DNA of 64,000 nucleotides, taken from the NCBI GenBank assembly GCA_025454835.1, contig JALONQ010000003.1, positions 67,273-131,272 of the forward strand. The letters are read 5' to 3'. The notes beneath the pieces are model-generated. The model was not told where the DNA came from. It saw only the letters and a list, made by a program, of their open reading frames with translations, and did no database searches. Of this stretch, positions 31,480 through 40,652 are shown piece after piece. How positions within the stretch are numbered: position 1 is the stretch's first letter; every line of letters begins with the position of its first letter. Source of the DNA: Bacteroidota bacterium (GTDB lineage: Bacteria > Bacteroidota > Ignavibacteria > UBA10030). The position numbers and the translations under genes are program-made.

Positions 31480-33924
31480 TCAGAAGTTGTACCGGTAGAC
31501 GAACGACAGGATCCGGTCGTTGGAGACCTGGGTATTCTTGAAGTAGTCAAAATACAGCTCGAACGCGTGCGCCTGGTAGGAGTAGTCGCCGCCGAGCCGG
31601 ACGATCGTCCGCTCCAGGTCGCCGAACGTCGGAGTCACCTGGGCCACAAGACGTAGGTGGTCGTCCAGGAGTCGATACTGCGCAGAAAGGCCGAGTGCGG
31701 TGTAGGCGAAATCGCTCTTGGCAATAGCGCTGTCGGCACCGACGGTGGGTCCGCTGGCGTAGAACAACTGGTTCTGACTGTTGGTGCTGCTGGTGAGCAG
31801 GTTGATCGTCGTCTGCAACGGAACAGCGGTGAAGAATGACGTCACGGACGCGTTGATGAAGGTGCTCGTCTGATCGCGACGATAAATTGTGTTGTCCGCA
31901 CGGTCGACGAGGTTGATGCTCAGAGTCACGAAGTTTCGGAACCCGACATTCAGGTCGTACGACGCTCCGAATGTGATCCGGTTCGTCTGGTCATCGGCGC
32001 CGTTCGATCGTCGGCTCGAGTCGGGCGTGAAGACGATCTGATCGCTCAGACGGGACCCCATTCCGTAGCCCACTTGCAGGGTCGGGTACCCGGCGCCCGG
32101 GTTGAACGTCAGTGCCGTGATCAGGTTGTTGTAGTCGGTCGTGCTCGACTTTGATTTGGAGAGGTTGTCGGACTTTGCCTCGTACGAGACGCTGGCAAAC
32201 AGGCGGTTACTCAAGAGGCGAACATTGTCCGACACAACGAATCCCTGGATGTCGGACTGTTGGAACTCGTTCCCGAAGGTTTTGAACGCCGTGCCGCGGC
32301 GGAGGTACTGTGCCCGGACGTAATTGTTGAAGTAGCTGAGCGTCAGGAAGCTTTCCATCGCAATGCCCGGGAGCCCGGTGCCCGCCGGGTTGAGCGGCTC
32401 CAGGTTCGCGTTCACGGTGATGAACTGCTCGGCGATCTGGCCAAGGTCCTTAACGTTCTGTCCCTGCACCGCCAGAGAATCGTAGTCGGCCGCCGTGAAA
32501 TTGCCGCTGCTGATGTCGCGGTTCTGCAGTCCGACCGCCACCTGGGTCTCCCAACGGATACGCTGGTCGTCAAAGCCGAGCGCCAGGTCGGTACCGACGA
32601 CAAGGTTCTCCTTGGGCTGAATGCCGTACCGGATCGAGGACATGTCGTCCTTGAACTTCAGATAGGTGAAGCCAAGCTGGAAATTCTCACCAGACCCGAA
32701 CGAGGGACGCACGCCGATGAATTCACGCGTGAACGTGCCGGGATTGAACAGCTCGTAGGCGAAGTACGAGGTCCCCTTGGGGAGCGTATTGTCGGGCCGG
32801 TTGCGGACACCGTTCGTATCGGCGAACGTCGTGTCGGCCAGGAAGGTACCGTTGATCTTGCGATCGGTCTGGCCGAACGACACGTCGAGATTGAAGAACC
32901 CGAGCTTCAGCGCACCGGCGATACCCCGGACACGCTTGCCGAGCATCATCAAAGACGGGAATTTCGGATATGCGTCGCCAACCTCGAGACGCGCGTACTC
33001 GGCGTCGACGAACGCCGAGTATCGATTCTGGGGTTGCCGATCAGGGCCCTCGAGATTGTCAAATCGAAGCGTCGTTCCGAAGTCGAGAAACGAATACGAA
33101 CCGGTCGCCCGCGCATCCAATCGGGCAAACGTCTGGGAGTTCGCCGTCTGCTCATTGCGATACTCCGCGCGGACATCACCCTCTCCATGAAACCGCGATT
33201 CAACTTCGGCGATCGCCTCGACCGTGGACAGACTGAAGCTTACCGATTTCGTGAAATAGGCGTTTCCCGCCGTGTCGCGCAATTCGACGCGCACATTGCG
33301 GGCCCCCAGCTTCATCGGCTGACTTGAGTTGGCGGGCGACCAAAGGATCATGTCGTCGGAGAGGATCGCCTCTCGCGAAATGTCGACCCCGTCAACGAAG
33401 ACGCGGGTGCGGCTGGGCGCCACCGCAGGACTGGCATAGTAGAGTGAAATGGCCAGAACGAAGTCCTCGGCGGCGACGGTCTCGCCCGGCTCAGGACTGA
33501 GGATGCGAACCTCTCCCTCACGAGGGTCGACCTGCTGAACCGTCACCTGAAGGGGGTTGAGCTCAGCGCTGGTTTCGGGGTATGTAACGATTGTCCCGTT
33601 CGAGAGTTCGATGGCGATGTAGTACTGCAGGTAGGGTGGCAGGACCTCGGTCGCCGGAATCGTTGCCGTGTACGACCGTCCGGCAGGTAACATCTCCATC
33701 TCGGAGAACTCAGTGACGCCGAACGACCGATACCGCAACCAGGCCCGGCGCGCTTCAACGGACGGAAGCATCTCGACGCCGATCGAAGCAGCCGTGGCTT
33801 GCGTCGCGGCCGGCGCGTCGACACGATTCACATAGGTGGAAACCTGGGCGTTCGTTGTGGCGTGCCATGCCAACAGAAACGTCGATGCCAGAGCAGCAAA
33901 CCGAACTGCACGCATGAGGATCAC
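31480..33924 (-). CDS. Large secreted outer-membrane protein of unknown function (N-terminal Ig-like region plus C-terminal beta-barrel)
   Basis: 814 aa with a signal peptide (MRAVRFAALASTFLLAWHATTNAQ). A long region of alternating hydrophobic strands rich in Tyr/Asn/Gly ends in YRYNF (terminal aromatic typical of OMPs). No TonB-box or plug motif was recognised. Confidence 0.5.
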   Translation of the reverse strand: MILMRAVRFAALASTFLLAWHATTNAQVSTYVNRVDAPAATQATAASIGVEMLPSVEARRAWLRYRSFGVTEFSEMEMLPAGRSYTATIPATEVLPPYLQYYIAIELSNGTIVTYPETSAELNPLQVTVQQVDPREGEVRILSPEPGETVAAEDFVLAISLYYASPAVAPSRTRVFVDGVDISREAILSDDMILWSPANSSQPMKLGARNVRVELRDTAGNAYFTKSVSFSLSTVEAIAEVESRFHGEGDVRAEYRNEQTANSQTFARLDARATGSYSFLDFGTTLRFDNLEGPDRQPQNRYSAFVDAEYARLEVGDAYPKFPSLMMLGKRVRGIAGALKLGFFNLDVSFGQTDRKINGTFLADTTFADTNGVRNRPDNTLPKGTSYFAYELFNPGTFTREFIGVRPSFGSGENFQLGFTYLKFKDDMSSIRYGIQPKENLVVGTDLALGFDDQRIRWETQVAVGLQNRDISSGNFTAADYDSLAVQGQNVKDLGQIAEQFITVNANLEPLNPAGTGLPGIAMESFLTLSYFNNYVRAQYLRRGTAFKTFGNEFQQSDIQGFVVSDNVRLLSNRLFASVSYEAKSDNLSKSKSSTTDYNNLITALTFNPGAGYPTLQVGYGMGSRLSDQIVFTPDSSRRSNGADDQTNRITFGASYDLNVGFRNFVTLSINLVDRADNTIYRRDQTSTFINASVTSFFTAVPLQTTINLLTSSTNSQNQLFYASGPTVGADSAIAKSDFAYTALGLSAQYRLLDDHLRLVAQVTPTFGDLERTIVRLGGDYSYQAHAFELYFDYFKNTQVSNDRILSFVYRYNF

Positions 33925-34034
33925 CTACGCCAAGTGAGGAGGTAAGGCTCCGAAGAGCCGGCCAGAAAAAGAAACGGCGAATCGCACGATTCGCCGCTCA
34001 ATGTAGGAAATGACGCTGCCGGATGCAAGCCAAC

Positions 34035-34751
34035 TTACTCGATTCGGACCTTGACCTCCTTGCCGCTCGCATCGCGCCCGATGAGTTCGATGCGGTTCTT
34101 CTGCTGTCCCTGACCCTGATTGCCACCTTCGTCGTCGTCGGTGACGTCCTCGGAGAGGTTCGCGATGCTGTTATCGTTCTCGCTTGAGTTGCGAACACTT
34201 CCCTGCCCCGAGCCACGCTTCTGGTACGTCTGTCCGGCCAACAGCGGCAGTCCGTCAACGTCGAACGATCCCTGTGAGCACACGAAGGTGCTCGTCGTAT
34301 CGATGATCGCATGGTCAACGCCACCGGCCGTGCCGCGGATCGACGCCACCGAGATGGGCGATGAGAAGCGGAACTGCTCGCGCTCCTGCTTCTTGACCTC
34401 GAAGGCGAGACGACCCCGCTCGACATGGACGCTTCGGTCGACGATCTGCTTGTCCTGTTTCTGCCCCTTGATCTCGACGATCGACTTGGCGCGGATGATC
34501 AGCTTGCTCTGATCGGGGAACATGACCATCGCCAACGATTTGTCGTCGGTCCGGAGTTGGTAGCCCGAGCGCAATCGATCCGCCGGTACGGCCTTCTGCC
34601 ATCCCGTGGTCGCCGTTTTCTTCAGAACATCACGGACGACCTTGACGACCACCGCTTGGATGTCACGCGGATCCTGCTGCGGCACAAGGGCCATGCTCGA
34701 CAACACGAGGGCGGCCACCGCCGCAAAGATCACCATTTTCCTCAGATTCAT
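34035..34751 (-). CDS. Secreted FecR-domain-like protein with Gly/Asp/Gln-rich low-complexity segment
   Basis: 238 aa with a signal peptide. The central region (…ISVASIRGTAGGVDH…) resembles the FecR beta-sandwich. There is no N-terminal anti-sigma domain. The acidic low-complexity stretch is NSSENDNSIANLSEDVTDDDEGGNQGQGQQ. Confidence 0.35.
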   Translation of the reverse strand: MNLRKMVIFAAVAALVLSSMALVPQQDPRDIQAVVVKVVRDVLKKTATTGWQKAVPADRLRSGYQLRTDDKSLAMVMFPDQSKLIIRAKSIVEIKGQKQDKQIVDRSVHVERGRLAFEVKKQEREQFRFSSPISVASIRGTAGGVDHAIIDTTSTFVCSQGSFDVDGLPLLAGQTYQKRGSGQGSVRNSSENDNSIANLSEDVTDDDEGGNQGQGQQKNRIELIGRDASGKEVKVRIE

Positions 34752-34778
34752 AGTTCGACTCCTCTCGTCGGATGTCCG

Positions 34779-35954
34779 TTATTCAACGACCGTGACCGTC
34801 GCGTTCGCAAACTGTTCGAGCACCCGCAGCAGTTCGGCCGGCGTGATCGCCCGGTTGTTGTAACGAAGCTGCGTGAAGGTCCATCCGCGTTCCTCCAGGC
34901 GGCGCAAGACCGCCGTCAGCTGGGGAGCGATTTGGGACGGGATCTGTGTGGCGGCGTTGCCGAAGACCGTGATCAGCGGGTCGGGACGGTTGGCATCCTG
35001 ACCGCCGGCATTCGTGCCACCGCCTGTCGAACCCCCGCCGGCCTCACCATACCGGAAGACCACCAGATCGGCGTCCACGCTCACCTTGGCACGATTCGAG
35101 CTCGACTGGATGAACGACTTCCCCGCGACGACATAACGCGCTCCGACCACGAGCGGAGTCGCCGTTTGTGGATAGTTGAGGATCGTGCGGCCGTCGTTGA
35201 TACGCTCGCGCCACAGGGGCCGACCGCTCTGGACGGCGTCGCGCGGATTGTCTTCAACGCGGTACACGGCGATCTCGTACTCCATCTGCGGCCGCTCAGC
35301 CGGTATCAGGACCGTGAACGTCGGGTTGGGGATCGTTACCACCGGATCCACCTGCACGATGATCTTGGCTTGTGTCGCGGTCGAGAAGGGGATGTCGAAG
35401 ACGCGAATGACCGAGGCAACGAACGGCTCGCCGCTCTCGTTCGGAGCATTGTCGCGCACCAGCCGGAGGTCCAGAGTGAATTTCCCGGTGAGAGCCGCGA
35501 TGCCGGTCTTCAGCTGGTCCTTGAGCTTCTCGACTTCGGCCGTATTCTCTCGGTAGGCCACGTTGAACTCGCTGCCACGGGACAAGGCGCCGACGCTCAG
35601 CTCATACACGAACTCCGCGCCGCGCCGATCTCTCGTATAGATGGGCGTTGACGCATTGATCCAGAAGGTCGCCAAAGGCTGGGGCCCGACATCGCCGGTT
35701 GCTTGCTTGGTGACCCGGCCCCAGAGGAACCATTTGGTATTCGGGTTGTCCGACACGATCGCACCGGAGATCCCGGCCGGGATGCTCTCTTTGAGCGTGA
35801 ACGTGGCGGCGTCGATCCAGTCGGTCGGCGTAAACATGTCAAAATTCGGCACGTTCAACTCCAGACGGGGCGTCTGGGCAGGCAAACTCCCACTTCCGAC
35901 CACCAACAAGCCCGCCAGCACTAACCACAGACGGTTCCGTTTGATCGCGTTCAT
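34779..35954 (-). CDS. Hypothetical secreted protein
   Basis: 391 aa with a signal peptide (LWLVLAGLLVVGSGSLPAQ) and no recognised motifs. It is the first gene of a three-gene co-oriented cluster of secreted/OM proteins. Confidence 0.5.
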   Translation of the reverse strand: MNAIKRNRLWLVLAGLLVVGSGSLPAQTPRLELNVPNFDMFTPTDWIDAATFTLKESIPAGISGAIVSDNPNTKWFLWGRVTKQATGDVGPQPLATFWINASTPIYTRDRRGAEFVYELSVGALSRGSEFNVAYRENTAEVEKLKDQLKTGIAALTGKFTLDLRLVRDNAPNESGEPFVASVIRVFDIPFSTATQAKIIVQVDPVVTIPNPTFTVLIPAERPQMEYEIAVYRVEDNPRDAVQSGRPLWRERINDGRTILNYPQTATPLVVGARYVVAGKSFIQSSSNRAKVSVDADLVVFRYGEAGGGSTGGGTNAGGQDANRPDPLITVFGNAATQIPSQIAPQLTAVLRRLEERGWTFTQLRYNNRAITPAELLRVLEQFANATVTVVE

Positions 35955-36065
35955 GGCGCGGATCTCCTCAAAAGGGGGAAAGAGAATTCAGGTTGCTACC
36001 ACCCAACATACCACGCGGTCAACTCCGCCGGTATGACCGATGTCACAAGGAGGGCTACGGCTTGG

Positions 36066-37379
36066 TCAGAAATGCAACAGGTCATTATAGAGCACAAACG
36101 CCATAAAGACAAGCAAGAGGAACATTCCCGCCTGTTGCATGAGGATCTTGACCCGCGCCGGGATCTCGCGGCGGAAGACGGCCTCATACCCAAGAAAGAG
36201 CAGGTGTCCGCCGTCAAGCGCCGGGAACGGCAGGATATTCAAGAGGGCGAGGCTGATACTCAGAAGCGCCACGAACCCGAAGAAGCTGACGAGGCCGCTC
36301 TCCGCCGACCTGTTCGCCATCTGTGCAATGCGCACCGGACCGCCGATCGACTTGGCGAACGACGCCTCACCGACGACGATCTGCCAGATGTTGCGGAAGA
36401 AGAGACCGCTCGTGAACCAGACCTCGCGCACGCTCACGGGAAGCGCACCCAGCAACGAGTAGTCCTCGCGTACGATCGGACCTTGGTATGCCGCTTGAAG
36501 CGAGACGCCAATGATCCCCTCGGCCGTCGGCGTGACCGGCCGCGACAAAGAGCTGTCGCCCCGCTTCCATCCGAGCGTCATCTCTCGTCCGGCATTGGAC
36601 CGGATCGACGGCGGAAGCGATGCATACGATACGCGTTCGCCATTCACGGCGACGATCGTATCACCCGGCATCAGACCGAGGGCGTCACCGGGCAGGCCGC
36701 CTTGCACCGAGGCTACCACAGGCACAAGTCCGGCCGGGAAGATCCCAAATCGCTCCTCCGTCAGTTCGGGCAGATCAAGCCGCCGGATCTCAACCGTCAC
36801 TGGCCGTCCGTCGCGGTCAACGCGGATCGCCACATCCTGTCCGACCGTCTCGGCGTAGATTATGCTCTCGATCTGGTCCCACTGCGACACGGGCGTGTCG
36901 TTGATCGTGCGAATGTGGTCGTTCGTGCGCAAGCCCGCCTTCTCGGCCGGACTCCCCGGCACGACATAGCCGATCTCGGTGACGGGTCGTACGACGCGTC
37001 CCTGCGCGTAGATGATTCCCCAGAAGATCGCGATCGCCAGTAGCAAATTCATGATGACGCCGGCGGCCATGACGATCGACCGCTGCCAGATCGGCTTCGC
37101 GCGGAATTCCCACGGCTCCGGGTCCCGGCCGAGATGATCGGTGTCGAGACTTTCGTCGATCATGCCCGAGATCTTCACGTAACCGCCGATGGGGATCCAC
37201 GACACGCAGTAGTCTGTATCCCCGATCTGTTTGCCGAAGGCCCGGGGCGGGAACCCGATACTGAAGCGCTCCACCCGCATGCCGAAGAGCTTCGCAGCGG
37301 CGAAATGGCCGAACTCGTGAATGAAGACAAGAATGCCGATCGTGACGATGAAGTAGAAGATCGTGCTCAGGAATTCCAT
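36066..37379 (-). CDS. rseP: RIP metalloprotease RseP (site-2 protease)
   Basis: 437 aa with HEFGH zinc motif in TM1, PDZ domains, and the LDG motif region (…LNILPFPALDGGHLLF…). Confidence 0.93.
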   Translation of the reverse strand: MEFLSTIFYFIVTIGILVFIHEFGHFAAAKLFGMRVERFSIGFPPRAFGKQIGDTDYCVSWIPIGGYVKISGMIDESLDTDHLGRDPEPWEFRAKPIWQRSIVMAAGVIMNLLLAIAIFWGIIYAQGRVVRPVTEIGYVVPGSPAEKAGLRTNDHIRTINDTPVSQWDQIESIIYAETVGQDVAIRVDRDGRPVTVEIRRLDLPELTEERFGIFPAGLVPVVASVQGGLPGDALGLMPGDTIVAVNGERVSYASLPPSIRSNAGREMTLGWKRGDSSLSRPVTPTAEGIIGVSLQAAYQGPIVREDYSLLGALPVSVREVWFTSGLFFRNIWQIVVGEASFAKSIGGPVRIAQMANRSAESGLVSFFGFVALLSISLALLNILPFPALDGGHLLFLGYEAVFRREIPARVKILMQQAGMFLLLVFMAFVLYNDLLHF

Positions 37380-37512
37380 GCGAATACGGTAAGTGAGAGT
37401 TCCACGGTGATTTTCAAGCGCAGGTCAACGACGCGTTGCCACAACGATCCCAGAAACCGACAGCCGTTGCTCCTCTGGTTCAGGCGATGAGGTCCCTGCG
37501 GACAACGTCATG

Positions 37513-38682
37513 TCAACGGGCACGTGTGCCGACACACGCGTGCGCCTCCCGGCGAGCCCACCGGTCGGCTTCGATGATGTCGCTCAGGTCCGGAGCTGCG
37601 ACAGGCCGGTGCCGGTCCATCGTTTGCCGAATAATGTCGGCAATGCGGTCGAACGTCACCGCGCGTTCCAGAAATCCAGCCACAGCCACTTCGTTCGCAG
37701 CGTTCAGCACCGCGGGAACGGTGTCGCCGGCCCGAAGAGCCTCGTACGCCAGGTCGAGACACGGAAAGCGCTGTCGGTCGGGCTGGAAAAACGTCATCTG
37801 CTCGAGCCGCGGGAACGAGACCCGGTCGCCGTTCATCGGCAGTCGCTCCGGGTGTGTGAGCGCGTACTGGATCGGCAACTTCATGTCGGGAAGCCCGAGT
37901 TGTGCCTTGACCGATCCGTCGACAAACTCGACCATGCTATGAATGATGGACTGTGGATGCACGACGACGTCGATGCGGTCGGCGGGCAGGCCAAAGAGCC
38001 AGTGCGCCTCGATCACCTCGAGCCCCTTGTTCATCAGCGTGGCCGAATCGATGGTGATCTTGCTTCCCATGCTCCAATTCGGATGCCGGAGAGCCTGTTC
38101 AACGGTGATACGAGAGAAATCCTCCGGAGGTGTCGTCCGGAATGGCCCGCCCGAGGCGGTCAGGATCAGGCGAGCAATCTGCGCAGGCTCTTCACCGGCC
38201 AGACACTGCAAAATGGCGCTGTGTTCACTGTCGACAGGGAGCAATTCGACGCCATGTTCCCGGACCAACGACATGATGAACGCGCCCGCGGCAACAAGAG
38301 TTTCCTTGTTCGCCAGCGCGATGCGCTTCCGGTGCCGGATCGCCTCGGCGGTCGGACGGACGCCGGCGAATCCAACGAGCGACGAGAGGACGGTATCGAC
38401 GTCATCCCGGCGGACGACCGCCTCCAGACCGTCGGGTCCGCTGAGAACGTCGGCGAGGCCGTCGAGACGTGAACGAAGGACCGAGGCCCGCTCAGGATCG
38501 AGCACGACAACTGCCTTCGGGCGGAATTCGCGCGTCTGTGCTTCGAGGAGGTCGATATTCCGGTTCGTCGTCAGAACGGTCGCACTGAAGCGCCCGGGAT
38601 GCGAACGCAGCACCTCGAGACTGCTCCTCCCGATCGAACCGGTGGAGCCGAGGATGGCGATATGTTGGGGGTTCGAGGCCAT
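37513..38682 (-). CDS. dxr: 1-deoxy-D-xylulose 5-phosphate reductoisomerase
   Basis: 389 aa with an NADPH-binding N-terminus (IAILGSTGSIGRSSLEV) and Dxr core motifs (…LANKETLVAAG…, …LPVDSEHSAILQCL…). It sits in classic dxr-rseP synteny. Confidence 0.95.
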   Translation of the reverse strand: MASNPQHIAILGSTGSIGRSSLEVLRSHPGRFSATVLTTNRNIDLLEAQTREFRPKAVVVLDPERASVLRSRLDGLADVLSGPDGLEAVVRRDDVDTVLSSLVGFAGVRPTAEAIRHRKRIALANKETLVAAGAFIMSLVREHGVELLPVDSEHSAILQCLAGEEPAQIARLILTASGGPFRTTPPEDFSRITVEQALRHPNWSMGSKITIDSATLMNKGLEVIEAHWLFGLPADRIDVVVHPQSIIHSMVEFVDGSVKAQLGLPDMKLPIQYALTHPERLPMNGDRVSFPRLEQMTFFQPDRQRFPCLDLAYEALRAGDTVPAVLNAANEVAVAGFLERAVTFDRIADIIRQTMDRHRPVAAPDLSDIIEADRWARREAHACVGTRAR

Positions 38683-38695
38683 GCAGGAAAAAAAA

Positions 38696-38712
38696 TCGGC
38701 CCGCGGGGCCGA
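38696..38712 (-). promoter_or_regulatory. GC hairpin followed by U8 in the dxr 5' leader, ending 5 nt before the start codon
   Basis: Minus-strand transcript: tcggccccgcgggccga + tttttttt + cctgc + ATG (dxr). Stem is 7 bp with loop cgc. It could be an attenuator, or the U-run could act as an SD-less translation enhancer. Confidence 0.4.
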
Positions 38713-38807
38713 ACGAGTCGAAGCAATGTACCATGGAACGAGGGGGGAATCAAGGCAACGGGAACGCGAATGGACTGCCCCGCGTCTTTTTGATATATTC
38801 AGGCCAC

Positions 38808-40652
38808 ATGCGACTGCTCACCGCCACTCTCGCCCTCTCGTTCGTCGTCATTCCGCACCTTGCCGCCCAGGAGCAGCCGGATGTGCTCCGCCGCGTGCAA
38901 CTCGCCCAATCGCTGGAACAAGCGGGAGAGTGGGCGAAGGCCGCGGGCATCTACGAGGACCTTCTCCGCACGGACTCGTTGAACTTCATGACGTTCGACG
39001 GCCTTCGACGCGCGTACGTTCAGTTGAAGGAATACGGCAAGGCTTCGTCCCTGATCGAACGGCGGCTTGCCCATCGTCCGTCGGAGGTCTTTCTGGTCGC
39101 GCAGCTCGGCGGCCTGGCGTACGATGCGGGGAATATCGCTCGAGCCGATTCCCTCTGGGGCGCGGTGCTGCAGACGGCCGGCCACAACCGGCAGATGGTC
39201 GTGTTGGTTGCGCAGCAGATGCAGGAGCGCCGCCTCTATGACCGTGCGATACAGACGTTCGAGGCCGGACGCGCGCTCACGAAGAATCCCCACGACTTTG
39301 TCGAAGATCTGGCCCTCCTCCACTCGGCCACCCAGTCGTACGGAAAGGCGGCGGCGGAGTATTTGCGCCTCCTGCGCTCCGCCCCCCATCAGCTTGGCTA
39401 TATCCAATCGCGGATCGCTTCGTTCACCATGAAGCAGGAGGGCCTTCGCGATGCGCGCTCCGTCGTGGAGGCGGCGATCGAAGACAGGCCCACCGAGGTG
39501 CCTTTGCGCAGTCTGATGGCGTGGCTGGCGGTCGAGCAGTCCGACTATCCGGCGGCGCTGCAACAGTATCGTGCCATCGACAGCCTTTCGAATGCCAGCG
39601 GCGTCGAGCTCTACAATTTTGCCCAGCGCTGTCTGCGCGAACACGCATACGGCCCGGCTGCGGATGCCTTCCGTCATGCGATCGCCCGAGGACCGGCCGG
39701 ACCGCTCATCCTCCAGTCGCGGCTGGGTTATGCGCGGGCCATGGAAGAACTGGCGGTGCGCGATACAGCCGCGGCGCGGATGACCTCGACGGGGTCGACG
39801 GCGTCGGAGTCGTTTCCATCGCTCGACGCCGCCGTAACGCTCTACCGCGAACTTGTTCGGGATGCACCGGGGTCGGATGTGGCCGTACAGGCGCTCTTCC
39901 GGGTCGGAGTGGTGGCGTACGAGCGTACGTTCGACCTCGATGGTGCGCTCGATGCCTTCCTGCAGGTTACCCGCATACCGCGGGCGGGAGCCATGGCATG
40001 GGAAGCGTACCTTCGCGCTTCTGATGTCTGCTTGGCGAAGAACGACCTGGCTGGAACAGCAGCCGCACTCCGCTCCATTCCGGCAACGGCTTCGCCGGAG
40101 ATCCAGGACCGGGTCATATTCTCACAAGCGCGCTTGGCGGCCTATGAGGGTCGCGTCGATTCGGCGTTGGCGCTGCTCGGACCGTTGGCCGTTGCGGTGG
40201 ACCGCGACCTGGCCAACGACGCGATCGGTCTGCAGGTCTTCCTGAAGGAACATCGTACGGCGATGCCAGCCTTGACCGGATTTCTTCGCGGCGAGCTGTT
40301 GCAGCGACAACGAAAGTACGCAGAAGCGCTCGCACAATTCCGGGGTGTGGCGACCGAATTTCCGACCGCTCTCATCTCTGACCACGCCCTGGTCCAGGCC
40401 GCCGACCTTCTGGTCTTGCTGAGCCGCCCCGTGGAAGCAGTTGCGGCCTATCGGGCGTTCGTCGATGAGCGCACGATGAGCATGCTGCGAGACCGGGCGC
40501 TGTTCCGGGCGGGAGATGTGACCGAACGATCATTGAAGGACCCGGCCGCCGCACTGAAGGTGTACGATCTCTTCTTGGAGACGTTCCCGCATTCACTGTA
40601 TGTCGAAGAAGTGCGTATCCGCATTCGTCGGTTGCGGGGGGAGGTCTCGTGA
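38808..40652 (+). CDS. Secreted TPR-repeat protein
   Basis: ORF 38733..40652, but the likely start is Met at 38808 (MRLLTATLALSFVVIPHLAAQ signal peptide). The protein has multiple TPR-like helical repeats throughout (…AGEWAKAAGIYEDLL…, …YGKAAAEYLRLL…). Confidence 0.7.
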   Translation: MRLLTATLALSFVVIPHLAAQEQPDVLRRVQLAQSLEQAGEWAKAAGIYEDLLRTDSLNFMTFDGLRRAYVQLKEYGKASSLIERRLAHRPSEVFLVAQLGGLAYDAGNIARADSLWGAVLQTAGHNRQMVVLVAQQMQERRLYDRAIQTFEAGRALTKNPHDFVEDLALLHSATQSYGKAAAEYLRLLRSAPHQLGYIQSRIASFTMKQEGLRDARSVVEAAIEDRPTEVPLRSLMAWLAVEQSDYPAALQQYRAIDSLSNASGVELYNFAQRCLREHAYGPAADAFRHAIARGPAGPLILQSRLGYARAMEELAVRDTAAARMTSTGSTASESFPSLDAAVTLYRELVRDAPGSDVAVQALFRVGVVAYERTFDLDGALDAFLQVTRIPRAGAMAWEAYLRASDVCLAKNDLAGTAAALRSIPATASPEIQDRVIFSQARLAAYEGRVDSALALLGPLAVAVDRDLANDAIGLQVFLKEHRTAMPALTGFLRGELLQRQRKYAEALAQFRGVATEFPTALISDHALVQAADLLVLLSRPVEAVAAYRAFVDERTMSMLRDRALFRAGDVTERSLKDPAAALKVYDLFLETFPHSLYVEEVRIRIRRLRGEVS

